Source of the DNA: Myxococcota bacterium
Lineage (GTDB): Bacteria > Myxococcota_A > Polyangia > Polyangiales > Houyiibacteriaceae
DNA: 64,000 nucleotides
Direction: 5' to 3'
Assembly: GCA_039030515.1 (NCBI GenBank)
Contig: JBCCEA010000003.1
Location: 64,001-128,000 of the forward strand
Made by a program: the position numbers and the translations under genes. The notes under the pieces are model-generated. The model was not told where the DNA came from, ran no database searches, and was given only the letters and a program-made list of their open reading frames with translations. Within the stretch, counting starts at the first letter, position 1; each line of letters begins with the position of its first letter. Positions 41,499-50,194 of the stretch are shown in pieces.

Positions 41499-41803
41499 CG
41501 GCAAACCTCCAAAGCATGGGATAGTTCGAATGCGCCACCGAATCGAACTCGAGGGGCAGGCCGAACTCAACGACTGACTCCGATCTGAGCTACTCGCCCA
41601 GCATGCTGTTCACCCTTAGTTTTAACTCCTTTTCTCGGCCGAGCATGTTCGGCTGATCACTGACGCGCACAGCCAGACTCGCTAGACATCGGAATTAGCT
41701 TCACGGAGCGCGCCCGCCTAGTGCTTCGTAAACGGTTGCTCGGAATCCGCCATCACGGCTGGTTTCTTGCCACAAAGTCACACATCACGATAGAGCCGTA
41801 CTT

Positions 41804-42679
41804 ATGGTGACACCGTCCGATACGGTCTCGGCGCTCGGTTCCGCAATGCTTACGATTGCGCGTAAGAACGCAGCGGGGATACTCGAGCTTAGTTGTGACT
41901 CAAAAACCTACAGGCTCTACTGTCAGAATGGTCGCATTTACAGCGTCACCCAGACAAACTCCTGCTGCGAAGGGACTTTTCAAAACCAAACGCATCACCG
42001 GCAGTCGTATCGATTTGATACTGCCGAAAGGGCCTCCAGCGCTCGAGCAGAGCTAAAATCGCAGGCGATCGAGCTGTTTTTGCTCCCTCCCAAGAGGTTT
42101 CGTTTTATCCCCTGCAGCGCTGACGACAAGGCAGATAGGGACGCGCTCCGCATCGAAACCCTCGTTCTCGCGGCGGCTCGCAAAGTTACCGAGTCCACAC
42201 CTCTTGAGGTAGCTTCACGCTCGCTTGAAGGTACTGACCCGACGATCGAGATTCCAGTAGCGAGGCGACTGCGGGAGGCTCCACTATGGCCCTGGGAACT
42301 TGCAGTTATCACGCAACTGGAGTCCAGAGCTCCGATCAAGACGCTACTCGAACAGTCGCAACACCGAGCAGAGCTCGTGCGATTCGTGTACGCACTTAGG
42401 CTGCTGAGAATCACGATTCCCGGGTCGCGCAAAGGTGACGCCTATCCACTGCTGCTGAAGAAACGACGACAAGTGCGCGATAAAGCGAACTGGCGAGAAC
42501 TTCTCGACCTGCCTGAGCAAGCGAGCGCTCTCGAAGCCAAGCGCTCGCTGCGCAGACTCGTAAGCAAGCTGCATCCCGACAAGTTAGATCGTGCGGGCGC
42601 ACCAAAGCTGGTGGCCAGTGAAGTCGTGGCTGCGTTGGTGCATGCCGCTGCCGAAAGCGAAGCCGGACTCGCGTCCTAG
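41804..42679 (+). CDS. DUF4388-like N-terminal domain plus C-terminal J-domain
   Basis: GILEL...LYCQNGRI N-terminus; LLDLP...AKRSLRRLVSKLHPDK. Confidence 0.65.
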   Translation: MVTPSDTVSALGSAMLTIARKNAAGILELSCDSKTYRLYCQNGRIYSVTQTNSCCEGTFQNQTHHRQSYRFDTAERASSARAELKSQAIELFLLPPKRFRFIPCSADDKADRDALRIETLVLAAARKVTESTPLEVASRSLEGTDPTIEIPVARRLREAPLWPWELAVITQLESRAPIKTLLEQSQHRAELVRFVYALRLLRITIPGSRKGDAYPLLLKKRRQVRDKANWRELLDLPEQASALEAKRSLRRLVSKLHPDKLDRAGAPKLVASEVVAALVHAAAESEAGLAS

Positions 42680-43662
42680 TCTCGGTCATGCTCCGAATGA
42701 AGTTCGCGGCGAAGCTCGAGATAACGTCGAGACAGGGTGTTGCGTGCAATGCCGTACCTGCGTGCAATGTCTTCTTGAGTCACGCCGTCGATCTGACACC
42801 TCGCGCTCAGCAGGTACTCGATCGCCGCCGCATAGCCTTCGGGCTTGACCAGGCGAGCCGAGCGATTTCTGAGAAATTCCCCCCAAAGAGTTTGCGCCTG
42901 ATTCACTTCATCCGTTGAAAAACCAGCTGCGGTCATGTTTTGTTCTAGGAGCTGTTTCACCGCCTCGTCCATGCTTCTGCTCGGCCTTGCAGCACGTCGT
43001 TTGGCTCCCATCGAATGTTTGGCTCTCGTCGAATTACCACCATCGCTCGAGGAGCGTTCTGAATCGTCTCGAGCACCCTTTTCGATCCATTCCAGCAAAG
43101 AGCGGTGATCGCGGCTTCCCGGCTTTTCCTTGAGTGCCTGACGGGCAAGTTCCTCCGCTTCATTCATCTGATGGATACGTGCCAAGCAGTGGGCAAGTGA
43201 CGCCGCAATCTCGTCCTGCTCAGGCTCCATTTGATAGGCACGACGCAGGTGGTGCTCAGCTCTCGCGGGCTTCATGAGCGCGACATCCAAAAGGTGCCCT
43301 AAATTATGATGATACCAAGGATTTTCCGGAGCCAACTTCAACGCGCGTTGATACGCTCGGGCCGCGGCCTGGTAGTTTCCGAGTAGTGCCTGAGCAAGCC
43401 CCATCAAGGCATGCAGGACGTCATCGCTTCCGTGGCTTTGGATCACACGGCGCAGATGCAGCGCGGCGTTCCAAGGATTGGATTCAAGTTGGAGCTCTGC
43501 GAGATGCCTCCGGGCATAGAGCGAATCGTCACTGCCCTCCTCTGCCCGATCGAGCAACCTCTGAAGTGCACGCTCTACAGACGCGGCTCGACGTGAACGA
43601 CGCAGCGCTTTTTCGGCCTCTCGGCGAAGCCGTTCGACCTCATTGTCGCTCGTGCTCGCCAT
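42676..43662 (-). CDS. TPR-repeat protein with C-terminal TFIIB-like helical/HTH domain
   Basis: TPRs (LMGLAQALLGNYQAAARAYQRALKLAPENPWYHHNLG); C-terminus KPEGYAAAIEY...TQEDIARRYGIARNTLSRRYLEL. Confidence 0.8.
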   Translation of the reverse strand: MASTSDNEVERLRREAEKALRRSRRAASVERALQRLLDRAEEGSDDSLYARRHLAELQLESNPWNAALHLRRVIQSHGSDDVLHALMGLAQALLGNYQAAARAYQRALKLAPENPWYHHNLGHLLDVALMKPARAEHHLRRAYQMEPEQDEIAASLAHCLARIHQMNEAEELARQALKEKPGSRDHRSLLEWIEKGARDDSERSSSDGGNSTRAKHSMGAKRRAARPSRSMDEAVKQLLEQNMTAAGFSTDEVNQAQTLWGEFLRNRSARLVKPEGYAAAIEYLLSARCQIDGVTQEDIARRYGIARNTLSRRYLELRRELHSEHDRD

Positions 43663-43858
43663 CTCTCACCCCTTGCCTTCGAGCTGGTCCCACTCGCAGG
43701 CAGCCGTTACCCCGAACTGCTTTCCAAAATGCGGCAGCGCACACTTTATTCCATTACAGCACACCACTGTCATCATAGGGAAGTCGATGGGTTAAAGTCG
43801 TTTCTCTTCGGGATGTCTACGTCTCACCCATCTCGCCGCAGCATCTTTGGATCAAGGC

Positions 43859-44635
43859 TCACTTTATCCTTTCGGAATCACGGAGCGCGACCTTGCGCAA
43901 AACGACAACGTAGAACCCGGCGAACAGTCGCAAAGCGGATCCACTGAGCCGCTGTTCGACAGCCCTCAAGCACCTCCCCACTCCAGGCAGTCGATGCAAT
44001 CCGGCAAAGGGGGTCACGATTCGAACGCCGCGTGTTTCTACTAGAACGGCATCCGAAGGAAACGATCTTGATACCTTCCACGGCAGATCCCAGCGCGTGT
44101 AGATGTCTCGCTCCGTGTGGTTCAAACCGATCCTCTTAGGCCCAGCAATCAATTTTGATACGTATCGTATACTTAGAGGATTGTACACTTCGAAAACCAG
44201 ATGTCCGCCAGGGCGCAAAACCCGATTGGCCTCCTCTAAGGCGCTTCGCAGATCCGGAACGTGTGGAAACACCTTGAAGCTGTAGACCAGATCAAAACAC
44301 GCATCCCTGAAGGGCATCTGAAGGGCGCTGCCTTGAACAACCTGAAGTCCTCGCTTGCGGGCAAGCGCAAGCATTCCGGGCGACAGATCCAGGCCTACCG
44401 CCAGTCGACTTACGTTCTCAACCGGCTTGAGAAGCCTCCCGGTGCCACATCCCACTTCGAGCACCCTACCCTGCTCCGCGTAGGGCTGAAGGATATCCAA
44501 CTCGAGGTCGTCGAGCATCTGGTGGTAGCTTTCTCGATCCCGACCACGATCGTAGCGACGGCTGAAGTCGTCATAGTAGCTCCGCGCATCGGAGCGAGAG
44601 CCCACTACCTCGTCGTGCTTTCGGGTCATGCGCAT
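43859..44635 (-). CDS. Class I SAM-dependent methyltransferase
   Basis: VLEVGCGTG, GLDLSPGML, PFRDACFDLV, RVLRPGG. Confidence 0.92.
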   Translation of the reverse strand: MRMTRKHDEVVGSRSDARSYYDDFSRRYDRGRDRESYHQMLDDLELDILQPYAEQGRVLEVGCGTGRLLKPVENVSRLAVGLDLSPGMLALARKRGLQVVQGSALQMPFRDACFDLVYSFKVFPHVPDLRSALEEANRVLRPGGHLVFEVYNPLSIRYVSKLIAGPKRIGLNHTERDIYTRWDLPWKVSRSFPSDAVLVETRGVRIVTPFAGLHRLPGVGRCLRAVEQRLSGSALRLFAGFYVVVLRKVALRDSERIK

Positions 44636-45699
44636 AGCTCGTCGTAGACACGCTCGTATTGTTGAGCGACGTTTGACGGAGAGCATTCAGTCCGCACGAA
44701 GTGTTCCCCTCGTATTCCGAGTGAACGTCGTAGCGTTTCATCCGACAGCATTTGCTCGAGGCCGTCCGCTACCGCCAAGGGGTCGTGTTCCGTGACATAA
44801 GCGCCACCCTCCTCAAGCTCCTCAGCTGCCGTGCCGCGCGTGACGAGCACTGGCCGCTGCATCGACATCGCTTCGAGTAGCGAAAGCGGATAGTCCATTT
44901 TGGCATAGAGTGTTTCGGTGGGAAGAGCGACCACATCGCTCGCTCCAAGCAGCTCATGAATTTGTTCGACCTCACCCAACCAGTAGACGGGTGCTCCGGC
45001 AGGCAGTGTATCCCTGAGCGTGCGCTCAATTTCCGCAGCTTTTTTCGTTTTTGCGCGACACGCCATCACCAAAGCAGCCCCCTCTAGCTCCAAAAACGCT
45101 TGCAGCATGCAACGCGCGCCCCTTCCGAATTCCAAATCGCCCGGATACACGATCAGTGGAAGCTCCGCGGGAAGCCCCAGCTTCAGCCGGATACGCATCC
45201 GTTCGTCATCTGGCAGTGATGCGAGGGGTTCGATGCAGGGAGGTATCCGGATCAGTCGTTTTGGATCGATTCCGATATCCACGTATCGCCGCAGAGCTCT
45301 TTTCGACAGCACCACGGTTCGCGATGCGAACGTAAGTTGATGCAGATCGGCACGAGGATCCGGATCGCTGCACACGGTCTGCACCGAAGGTAGACCTCGA
45401 ACAGCCGTAACCATCCTCATCAGCGATGAGGTCTTATCATTGGGTGCAAAGAAATAATGCAGCACATCCGCATCCTCCGTTGCCAAAATACGATGTACGA
45501 CGCGCACGCCGTTTCGGATGGTTTGATGCTTGCGGTAAACCGTTAGGGTACGCCCGTTTGGGACCACATAACCTGTACCTTGGCCCATGACCGTCGGACG
45601 GTATCGAGTGAGATGAGACGCAACATTCCTAGTTAAGATGGTACTGCTGTTGGTCCACGGTGGAGCTACAGCGCTGGAGATAAATAGTACCGGGCGCAT
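44626..45699 (-). CDS. GT4-family (GT-B fold) glycosyltransferase
   Basis: ASDVVALP...YPLSLLEAMSMQRPV, C-terminal AQQYERVY. Confidence 0.88.
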   Translation of the reverse strand: MRPVLFISSAVAPPWTNSSTILTRNVASHLTRYRPTVMGQGTGYVVPNGRTLTVYRKHQTIRNGVRVVHRILATEDADVLHYFFAPNDKTSSLMRMVTAVRGLPSVQTVCSDPDPRADLHQLTFASRTVVLSKRALRRYVDIGIDPKRLIRIPPCIEPLASLPDDERMRIRLKLGLPAELPLIVYPGDLEFGRGARCMLQAFLELEGAALVMACRAKTKKAAEIERTLRDTLPAGAPVYWLGEVEQIHELLGASDVVALPTETLYAKMDYPLSLLEAMSMQRPVLVTRGTAAEELEEGGAYVTEHDPLAVADGLEQMLSDETLRRSLGIRGEHFVRTECSPSNVAQQYERVYDELCA

Positions 45700-45771
45700 G
45701 AGTGCGGGATACGCATCCACCTCTGCAAACGCAACCTTTACGAAAGCGCGCTTCGGTATTAGTACCAAGCC

Positions 45772-46347
45772 ATGGTCGATCAGGCGTCGCGCGGTTCGGG
45801 TTCAGCCCCCCCCTCTTCGGAAGAAACCGAGGACGAGACCGGAGAGCGGGGTCGTCGCCGCCGGGTCGAACGACTGATCCGAGAGGGGATTCGTTCCGTG
45901 TTGGAGCGAGGACTCGAGGCGGGCATCGGCACCTTTGCAAAAACCGACAAGGCGATTCGAGGTGTGGTCGCCGGAGAACTACCCCGAGAACTCGCAAGCT
46001 TCGTCTTTGCCCAGGTGGACGAAACGAAAAACGCACTCGTCCGCGTGGTAGCAAGGGAGGTACGTGAATTTCTCGAGGCGACCGATGTCGCCGCAGAGCT
46101 TGGACGCGCCCTCACCGCGCTATCTTTCGAGATCAAAACCGAAATACGCTTTATCCCGAACGAAGCCGGCTACGCCAAACCAAAAGTGCGTTCCAAAGTG
46201 CGCTCGAAGCGGGTCAGCGAAGCTCCTAGAGCAGCCTCAGCGGAGTCAAACTCATCGTATCCTGCGGCGGGCTCGGTTGACGGGAGCGATGCGCCGACAG
46301 AGGAAAGTCTCTCTCAGACCTCAAATCCCATCCACCCCGACGACTGA
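45772..46347 (+). CDS. Hypothetical helical protein
   Basis: Ordered core LPRELASFVFAQVDETKNALVRVVAREVREFL; divergent from the GT4 gene. Confidence 0.65.
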   Translation: MVDQASRGSGSAPPSSEETEDETGERGRRRRVERLIREGIRSVLERGLEAGIGTFAKTDKAIRGVVAGELPRELASFVFAQVDETKNALVRVVAREVREFLEATDVAAELGRALTALSFEIKTEIRFIPNEAGYAKPKVRSKVRSKRVSEAPRAASAESNSSYPAAGSVDGSDAPTEESLSQTSNPIHPDD

Positions 46348-46350
46348 GCT

Positions 46351-47181
46351 CTACTCCTCGGTGGACTGAGCGGTTGCACGCACGCGACGCACGAGCACCC
46401 GTCGCACATGCAGCGGAGTGCGAGGTCGATTGCCCTCCATCTGAGGCACCCTCACCAGCCGGTAAACGACATCTGCTGGACGACACTGACCGAAGACGAT
46501 CAGTCGATCATCCTCGTGCTCCGGACGGTAGCTCGGCGATGGGCCGTCGGTAACTACGAGGTCTGGACCGAGGTGAACTCCCCCGCGCCTGACAAATGCG
46601 AGCTGACCGGAACGCTCAAGCTGGCCACCTGCGCTTCCGTCGACGGGCACCGAAACGTGGACAGAATAAGGGCGGGTGTTCGGTTCGATCTGAAGAAATC
46701 CCCCCGGCACTACGCGAGCCACTTCCGCCATTCGGTAGAGCGGTCTTCGAACCCAGCTGTGGGCGTTGTCGTCCCAATAAGGCCTTGCGCCTCGGGCCAG
46801 CCCAACAAAGTGCGCTACCGCGTATGGAGCGTCATCTGCAAAAAGATCACAGCGCAGCGTACCGAGGTCGGTGATAATTTCGGCGATCAGGATCCCCTCC
46901 CCCTCGACTCCTTTGGTCGCGTCGGAAAGCGAAAAGTCGCCGTGCATCGGGTCGGGCAAACGAGGCTCTCGGCGACTGGACCGCGGCTGTGGCTCCGGCT
47001 GCTTGTTCACGCCTGAAGCGATCACCCGAAGTCCATCGATCGAGAACTCATCAGGTCGAGCGGTCCTCGTCGGTTGCTCAGCTTGGTAGCCTTTAGCGAT
47101 CTCGATGCCCTCGCAGCCAAAAACACCTGCAAGCATCAGAGCGATACCCCAAAGCACATTCACTGAACGCAATTGCGCCAT
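46351..47181 (-). CDS. Cyclophilin-like lipoprotein (divergent)
   Basis: Lipobox VFGC, TDLGTLRCDLF...AP.AVAHFVGLARG, RVVPGGFLQ, VFGQC. Confidence 0.75.
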   Translation of the reverse strand: MAQLRSVNVLWGIALMLAGVFGCEGIEIAKGYQAEQPTRTARPDEFSIDGLRVIASGVNKQPEPQPRSSRREPRLPDPMHGDFSLSDATKGVEGEGILIAEIITDLGTLRCDLFADDAPYAVAHFVGLARGARPYWDDNAHSWVRRPLYRMAEVARVVPGGFLQIEPNTRPYSVHVSVPVDGSAGGQLERSGQLAFVRRGGVHLGPDLVVTDGPSPSYRPEHEDDRLIVFGQCRPADVVYRLVRVPQMEGNRPRTPLHVRRVLVRRVRATAQSTEE

Positions 47182-47281
47182 CTTCTCATGAGGAACGTCT
47201 AGCCCTCAACGTCTCGCGGGCCAGCGCTCTTCGTACCGCGATACGAGCGTTATTGAATCCGGCCGCGTACACTGAGCGGGC

Positions 47282-48811
47282 ATGGGCACTCGATTGGGAA
47301 CTGTGTCTCTCGTAGGAGCAGGTCCAGGAGATCCTGAGCTCATCACTTGGCGTGGCAGGCGAAGATTGGCAGCCGCCGATCTTGTCCTTTTCGATGCGCT
47401 TATCCATCCAGACCTCATCGAAGAATCCCCAAAGCACGCCGAGAGGATTTCGGTTGGAACGAACTCAGGGTGCAGCGGAAGGCCGCCGGATATCACCGGG
47501 CGTCTTATCGAGGGAGCCCGTGCTGGCTTGAATGTGGTGCGCCTCATGGCAGGCGACCCCTTCCTCTTTGATCGAGGATTTGAGGAAGTTGAAGCGCTGC
47601 AGGATGCGTCGATCCCTTTCGAGCTCATTCCGGGGGTGACTTCGCCTTTGGCGGCTACGGCTTACGCTGGGCTCTTACTGACAACTGGAGAGCGCAGTTC
47701 GAGCGTGGCCTTCATTTCTGCGACCCAATCGCCCGAAAAAGACCGCAGTTTCACCGAATGGCAGCGACTCGCCACGGCAACCGAAACGCTTGTGGTCCTG
47801 ATGAACACGTCCGATCTCGCCCCCCTCATGCAGCTACTTCAGCATCACGGACGGCCGGGCGACACCCCCGCGGCGGTGGTTCAATGCGCATCCACGCCGC
47901 GCCAGCACACCGCTACCGGAACGGTGGCCACCCTCGCAGACCTTGCGGAGAATTCCAGAATCCAACTCCCAGCGCTTGTTATCGTGGGTCATCCAGCTTG
48001 CGTCCGAGAGCGGTTTCGCTGGTACGACGTTCAACCGTTGTTCGGCAAGCGGGTGCTGGTAACCCGTCCATCACACCAATCGGCAGAGCTCTCCCGCGCC
48101 TTACGTGAGGCCGGAGCTGAGCCGATCGAGTGTCCTTTGATCGCGATCTGCGACCCAGTTAATTCTGGTCCCCTGGAGCGGGCGGTTCAGGAGCTTGGAA
48201 CATACGCATGGGCCGTATTCACGAGCGCCAACGGAGTGCATCGACTTTTCGGCGAACTAAGTCGGGTGCACAAAGACGCACGTCAATTCGGCAACGCATG
48301 CATCGCCGCGATCGGTCCCAAGACAGCGGCCGCTCTGCAGGAGTACTCGATCCAAGCGGATGTCGTGCCGGAGGAGTATCGGGGAGAAGCCGTTGCCGCT
48401 GCAATCCTCGCTCAAGGACCGATCGCAGGGCAACGTGTTTTGCTGGCACGTGCCGCAGTAGCGCGAGAGATACTTCCTCAGACGCTGCGAGCTGCGGGAG
48501 CACAGGTAGACGTGGTCGCTGCCTACCGCACCGAAAGTCTATCCACGCAGCATATGTATCGCTTACGGAACTATCTAGAAGAGGGGACCATCGATATCGC
48601 GACCTTCACGTCCTCGTCGACAGTATCTAGTATGATTCATGCACTGGGTGCGGACGTCGTCTCGTTGCTCGAGCCTTCCTGCGTTGCCGCTATCGGACCG
48701 ATTACCGCCGAAACCGCGCGGAACTCCGGTATCCGCGTGGACGTCGTCGCCTCGGATTACACCGTCGAAGGGCTGGTCGATGCGTTGCGCGACCACTATA
48801 CCTCGGCATGA
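47282..48811 (+). CDS. hemD: Fused uroporphyrinogen-III C-methyltransferase / uroporphyrinogen-III synthase
   Basis: LVGAGPGDPELIT, GDPFLFDRG.EE, then PLFGKRVLVTRP, FTSANGV, IGPKTA, FTSSSTV. Confidence 0.92.
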   Translation: MGTRLGTVSLVGAGPGDPELITWRGRRRLAAADLVLFDALIHPDLIEESPKHAERISVGTNSGCSGRPPDITGRLIEGARAGLNVVRLMAGDPFLFDRGFEEVEALQDASIPFELIPGVTSPLAATAYAGLLLTTGERSSSVAFISATQSPEKDRSFTEWQRLATATETLVVLMNTSDLAPLMQLLQHHGRPGDTPAAVVQCASTPRQHTATGTVATLADLAENSRIQLPALVIVGHPACVRERFRWYDVQPLFGKRVLVTRPSHQSAELSRALREAGAEPIECPLIAICDPVNSGPLERAVQELGTYAWAVFTSANGVHRLFGELSRVHKDARQFGNACIAAIGPKTAAALQEYSIQADVVPEEYRGEAVAAAILAQGPIAGQRVLLARAAVAREILPQTLRAAGAQVDVVAAYRTESLSTQHMYRLRNYLEEGTIDIATFTSSSTVSSMIHALGADVVSLLEPSCVAAIGPITAETARNSGIRVDVVASDYTVEGLVDALRDHYTSA

Positions 48812-49359
48812 AGCGCTCTTCGCAACGATTCTCAACGGTATCAGCCGCAGTCGACAGGATGTGCGTTTTCGTCCACGGGTTGAGGCTTGCATCGCCAAAG
48901 CATCACTCGATGTCGACCTCATCCGGCCCGAAAGGCGCCTCTCCTTCGACCCTCGCGACCCACATCAGACACGCGTCAGTCGGAACCTTCCTTGCGCTCT
49001 CGCTCGCCGCCTCGGGATGCGGTGAAGCAGATGCCCAGGGTGTCGAGGACGTAACCCTGTTCGATCTACCAAGCGCTGGCGAAGACGAATGGGGCATTTG
49101 GCAGAGCAACACCGAGGGGGCTCCTTGGTTTCGCTACCGTGGCGGAGCTCGATTGCGCATCGAGCATGCACTCGGCAGGGTTCCAAGAATTGTGCTTCTC
49201 TACGTGTCGTTTTCAGAGGAAGGTATCGACCCCGACACCGGCGCAACCGCTGGACTTGCAGCCGGAGACATGGCGCGGATCCTCGAAGTGAGCGATCAAA
49301 CCGTCACGGTGCACAACGATACCAACGCGAATATGTTCGCTCGAATGGTGCTTCACTGA
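48808..49359 (+). CDS. Hypothetical lipoprotein
   Basis: Hydrophobic stretch ending LAASGC; ATGA overlap with hemD; true start may be downstream. Confidence 0.55.
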   Translation: MKRSSQRFSTVSAAVDRMCVFVHGLRLASPKHHSMSTSSGPKGASPSTLATHIRHASVGTFLALSLAASGCGEADAQGVEDVTLFDLPSAGEDEWGIWQSNTEGAPWFRYRGGARLRIEHALGRVPRIVLLYVSFSEEGIDPDTGATAGLAAGDMARILEVSDQTVTVHNDTNANMFARMVLH

Positions 49360-49394
49360 ATACGCAGCGGTTCGAGTTGGACTCCGCAGGGCTC

Positions 49395-49847
49395 ATGGCA
49401 GAAGCCAATATTCGCCTGGGCGCGGGATGTATTCTTCTTGGTGCAGGCTCTTGGTGGGCGCTTCTTCAGCCGGGATTTGCCGCCTGGACTCTGATTTTGG
49501 TGGCTTGGCTTGCCGCACTCGGTTCGTTTGTGGCTTTTTTTAGGGGTCGTCGGCAACTCCGCGGCGCACCAGACTGTTTCCTCGAGCTGGGAGACTCGGA
49601 GATGATCGTAGCAACCGAGCGCACGACCACCACCGTTCCCTGGGGGGAGGTAGAAGCCATTGTCGTCGATGAAGAGCTCCTTTGTGTACGCGTGCAGCGA
49701 ACGAATCAACAGGAAGATCTCGTTATCCGATCGAGATACCGCGATACCGGGGTCTACGCGCTACAAAGCGCCATCCACACGCACTGGAAACGGGCTCAAC
49801 AACGAGGCGATCAGCGGAAGAGTGCACCGCGACCGCACCGCAGCTAG
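49395..49847 (+). CDS. Hypothetical membrane protein (2 TM plus small beta domain)
   Basis: Two hydrophobic helices, then TTVPWGEVEAI (PH-like pattern). Confidence 0.55.
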   Translation: MAEANIRLGAGCILLGAGSWWALLQPGFAAWTLILVAWLAALGSFVAFFRGRRQLRGAPDCFLELGDSEMIVATERTTTTVPWGEVEAIVVDEELLCVRVQRTNQQEDLVIRSRYRDTGVYALQSAIHTHWKRAQQRGDQRKSAPRPHRS

Positions 49848-49862
49848 TATCCTGCCGGCATC

Positions 49863-50192
49863 ATGTCGTTCGAAAACGAAGACGAAACCGGAGTGGCGAC
49901 CCAAGCTCTCCCAAAAGAAAAGGTCAAGAGACCTCGGCTGTACAAAGTACTGATGCACAACGACGACTACACAACACGCGAGTTCGTCGTGTACGTGTTG
50001 CAAAGCATCTTTAGAAAAACCGAACAGGAAGCCGTTCGAATCATGCTCCACGTGCATCAACACGGAACGGGCGTTGCCGGGCTTTACAGCCGGGAAATAG
50101 CAGAAACAAAGCTGAAAAAAGCCGAGCGCCTCGCTCAATCTCAAGACTATCCGCTGCGGCTCTCAATGGAACCCGAAGGAGACGAAGACTAA
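49863..50192 (+). CDS. clpS: ClpS adaptor
   Basis: YKVLMHNDDYTTREFVV...IMLHVH..G.GVAG, YPL. Confidence 0.97.
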   Translation: MSFENEDETGVATQALPKEKVKRPRLYKVLMHNDDYTTREFVVYVLQSIFRKTEQEAVRIMLHVHQHGTGVAGLYSREIAETKLKKAERLAQSQDYPLRLSMEPEGDED

Positions 50193-50194
50193 AC

